Source of the DNA: Felis catus
Lineage: Eukaryota
DNA length: 64,000 bases
Direction: 5' to 3'
Assembly (NCBI RefSeq): GCF_018350175.1
Contig: NC_058368.1
Location: forward strand, 57,228,001-57,292,000
Shown piece by piece: positions 62,203 through 64,000 of the stretch. A program made the position numbers and the translations under genes. The notes beneath the pieces are model-generated. The model had not been told where the DNA came from. It made no database searches and saw nothing but the letters and a program-made list of their open reading frames with translations. Positions within the stretch are counted from its first letter, which is position 1. The number at the start of each line of letters is the position of its first letter.

Positions 62203-63087
62203 TGATGAGGGAGTATGGGAGCAAAGTGCAGGCTACCAGCAACCCCTCACACACACACACCCAAGGTGGGACACTCCTGGCTGCCTAAGAACAGGGAAAA
62301 GGAAGGAAAGCAAATGGTTGACTGATAGAGATCACAGTCATGCAAGACAAGAGTCTCCTTCAGTTTACAGATAACTTAGTTAACTGCAAGAAAAAGGCAA
62401 TCTTAGCCATAGCCTAATATCCAGAAACCTATAGACTCTGTTTCCTGGAGCCTTAATGTCACCCTCCTCAAGCGGTCAGGGGATTTAAGTGCTTGCCATG
62501 GTGATGTGGGAAACGAAGACATATGAAAAATTAAATTTCCTTCCTGCCTACAGCCCATTGACAAGTCCTTGAAAGTGGTGGAGTGACCTTCCTTCCTCTA
62601 GGAGCTCAGCTGCCCTGATGATGACACTTTGCTAGGGGCAAAGGGAATCTTGGCTTAACATTATCCTGACCCCCAAGGATCCTGTGAGTCTCTTTAAACA
62701 CATAAAAATTCCTTTGGAAACTTCCTTTATCTCTACCCAACCCCCAAGATATATGTTGGCAATCATACTCCAGGCTTATGGCCCCCAATATACATCTGAA
62801 GGGTCTCATGACTGAAGTTTTACTAAACAGTAATAAATGATGTTATCCTAACAACAAGTAGTCCCTTAAGGCCCTGGAAACCTTGCTTCCAAATTTCCTA
62901 AAGGCCTACACAGTCTCTAACCCCTTCCCAACCTGAAGGTATATGATCAGTCACTCTTCATAACCCCAGTGCAGTTTTTTTTGCCCACGGGTCCTGTCCC
63001 CATGCTTTAATAAAATCATATTTTTGCAACAAAGGCGTCTTTAAGAATACTTTCTCCGAACCCCACCATCACTCCAAAACCCCATCA
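62203..63087 (+). mobile_element. Solo carnivore ERV1-type LTR (~885 bp)
   Basis: Ends TGATGAGG...CCCCATCA with 5-bp TSD tgagt/agagt (one mismatch). AATAAA at 63009-63014, and cccacgggtcctgtccccatgc R-like segment after a TATA-like gtatat. Confidence 0.8.
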
Positions 63088-64000
63088 AGAGTTACTGACA
63101 ACACAACACTAATAATAAGTGCAACCACACATATTGCACAGAACAGCCATTCCTTTATTCAGGAGGAATGAGAGTCAGTGAAGAAACTATTTGAAGGTGT
63201 TTAAGAGCTGCCTCAGGTACACGTTGGTAGTATTTTTACCATCCTAAAAAGTATTTTCCCTTCAAAAACAATGTCAGGGGCTCATAAACACGGGCATTCC
63301 TTAGAGAGTCATCATTGTCTTAAAAGACCATTGAGTCTGAAGAAAATAGTGCCATTTTTAGGACTGTAATTTAAAAAATTGTTATTTTGTTCATGAAACA
63401 GATTTTTTTTCTAGTTTCATGAAGAAATAGCCAATGTATATACATGTACCTAATAGAATTGAATAGAAGATGTTGTTTCTAATTTATAAGCACCTATGGT
63501 TTCTTATCTTTTTAAGGATTGATGTGGAAACATGTTCAATAAGTGGAGGAGATAAACGCTGTGGAGTTATTTGGGTAACTAAAACTAGAATTTGCTGGAT
63601 CAAAGTAATATAACTGTGCTGGCAATTTTTTTCTGTGAGCTAAAACATAATACAAAAATGTAAGTCAGAGAAAACCACTCCTTTCATTAATTGATTTCTT
63701 TTATTCTTCACTTAAGATAATCTTAGAAGATATATATATTTTTTCTGAGATTAGAAAGAGAATGAAACTATGTTAACCCCAAACAAAAGCATTTTATATA
63801 AGTTGTAGAAAGATACCTCTGCCAGTAGTTGAAAACATGAGGAACCGAAAATTCCCATGTTAAAGATACCACACTGGTAAGTTCAGAGTCATTAGCCATT
63901 TTACAAAAAGATTTTTAAAAATATAAAAAATAAGTATGTATATTTAAGAAAAGGGGTTCTATAAAAATAGTTTATGTATGTTTCCACAGTTCCACACATT

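Overview
Mammalian genomic DNA, almost certainly from a cat-family (Felidae) species, judged from the many near-intact felid-type CanSINEs. The only protein-coding gene is SLITRK1 on the minus strand: an intronless CDS at 9316-11406 encoding a 696-aa neuronal LRR transmembrane protein. It has a CpG-rich promoter/5' region (~11400-12350) and a ~2.3-kb 3'UTR ending near 7030. The remaining ~52 kb upstream is an AT-rich gene desert filled with CanSINEs, old L1/L2/MIR fragments, DNA transposon fossils (MER20, MER44-like, MER58-like, Tigger2-like) and at least four solo ERV LTRs with intact ends. All other ORFs in the track look like repeat-derived or antisense shadows. I see no new multi-gene system. 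The most noteworthy observations are: (1) a ~78-nt TSD-flanked insertion that looks like an L1-retroposed copy of an ERV LTR R-region-only transcript (27925-28003); (2) a wide-spacer RE1/NRSE (REST) site near the SLITRK1 start; (3) stacked uORFs ending 2 nt before the SLITRK1 ATG; (4) the miR-24-1-5p (miR-189/var321) site with a miR-27 8mer 22 nt away, and proximal polyA hexamers that could remove both; (5) a young CpG-rich solo LTR with an R-region hairpin; (6) several perfect fold-back palindromes that resemble template-switch repair scars. Repeat family names come from recalled consensus sequences and need RepeatMasker/Dfam confirmation.
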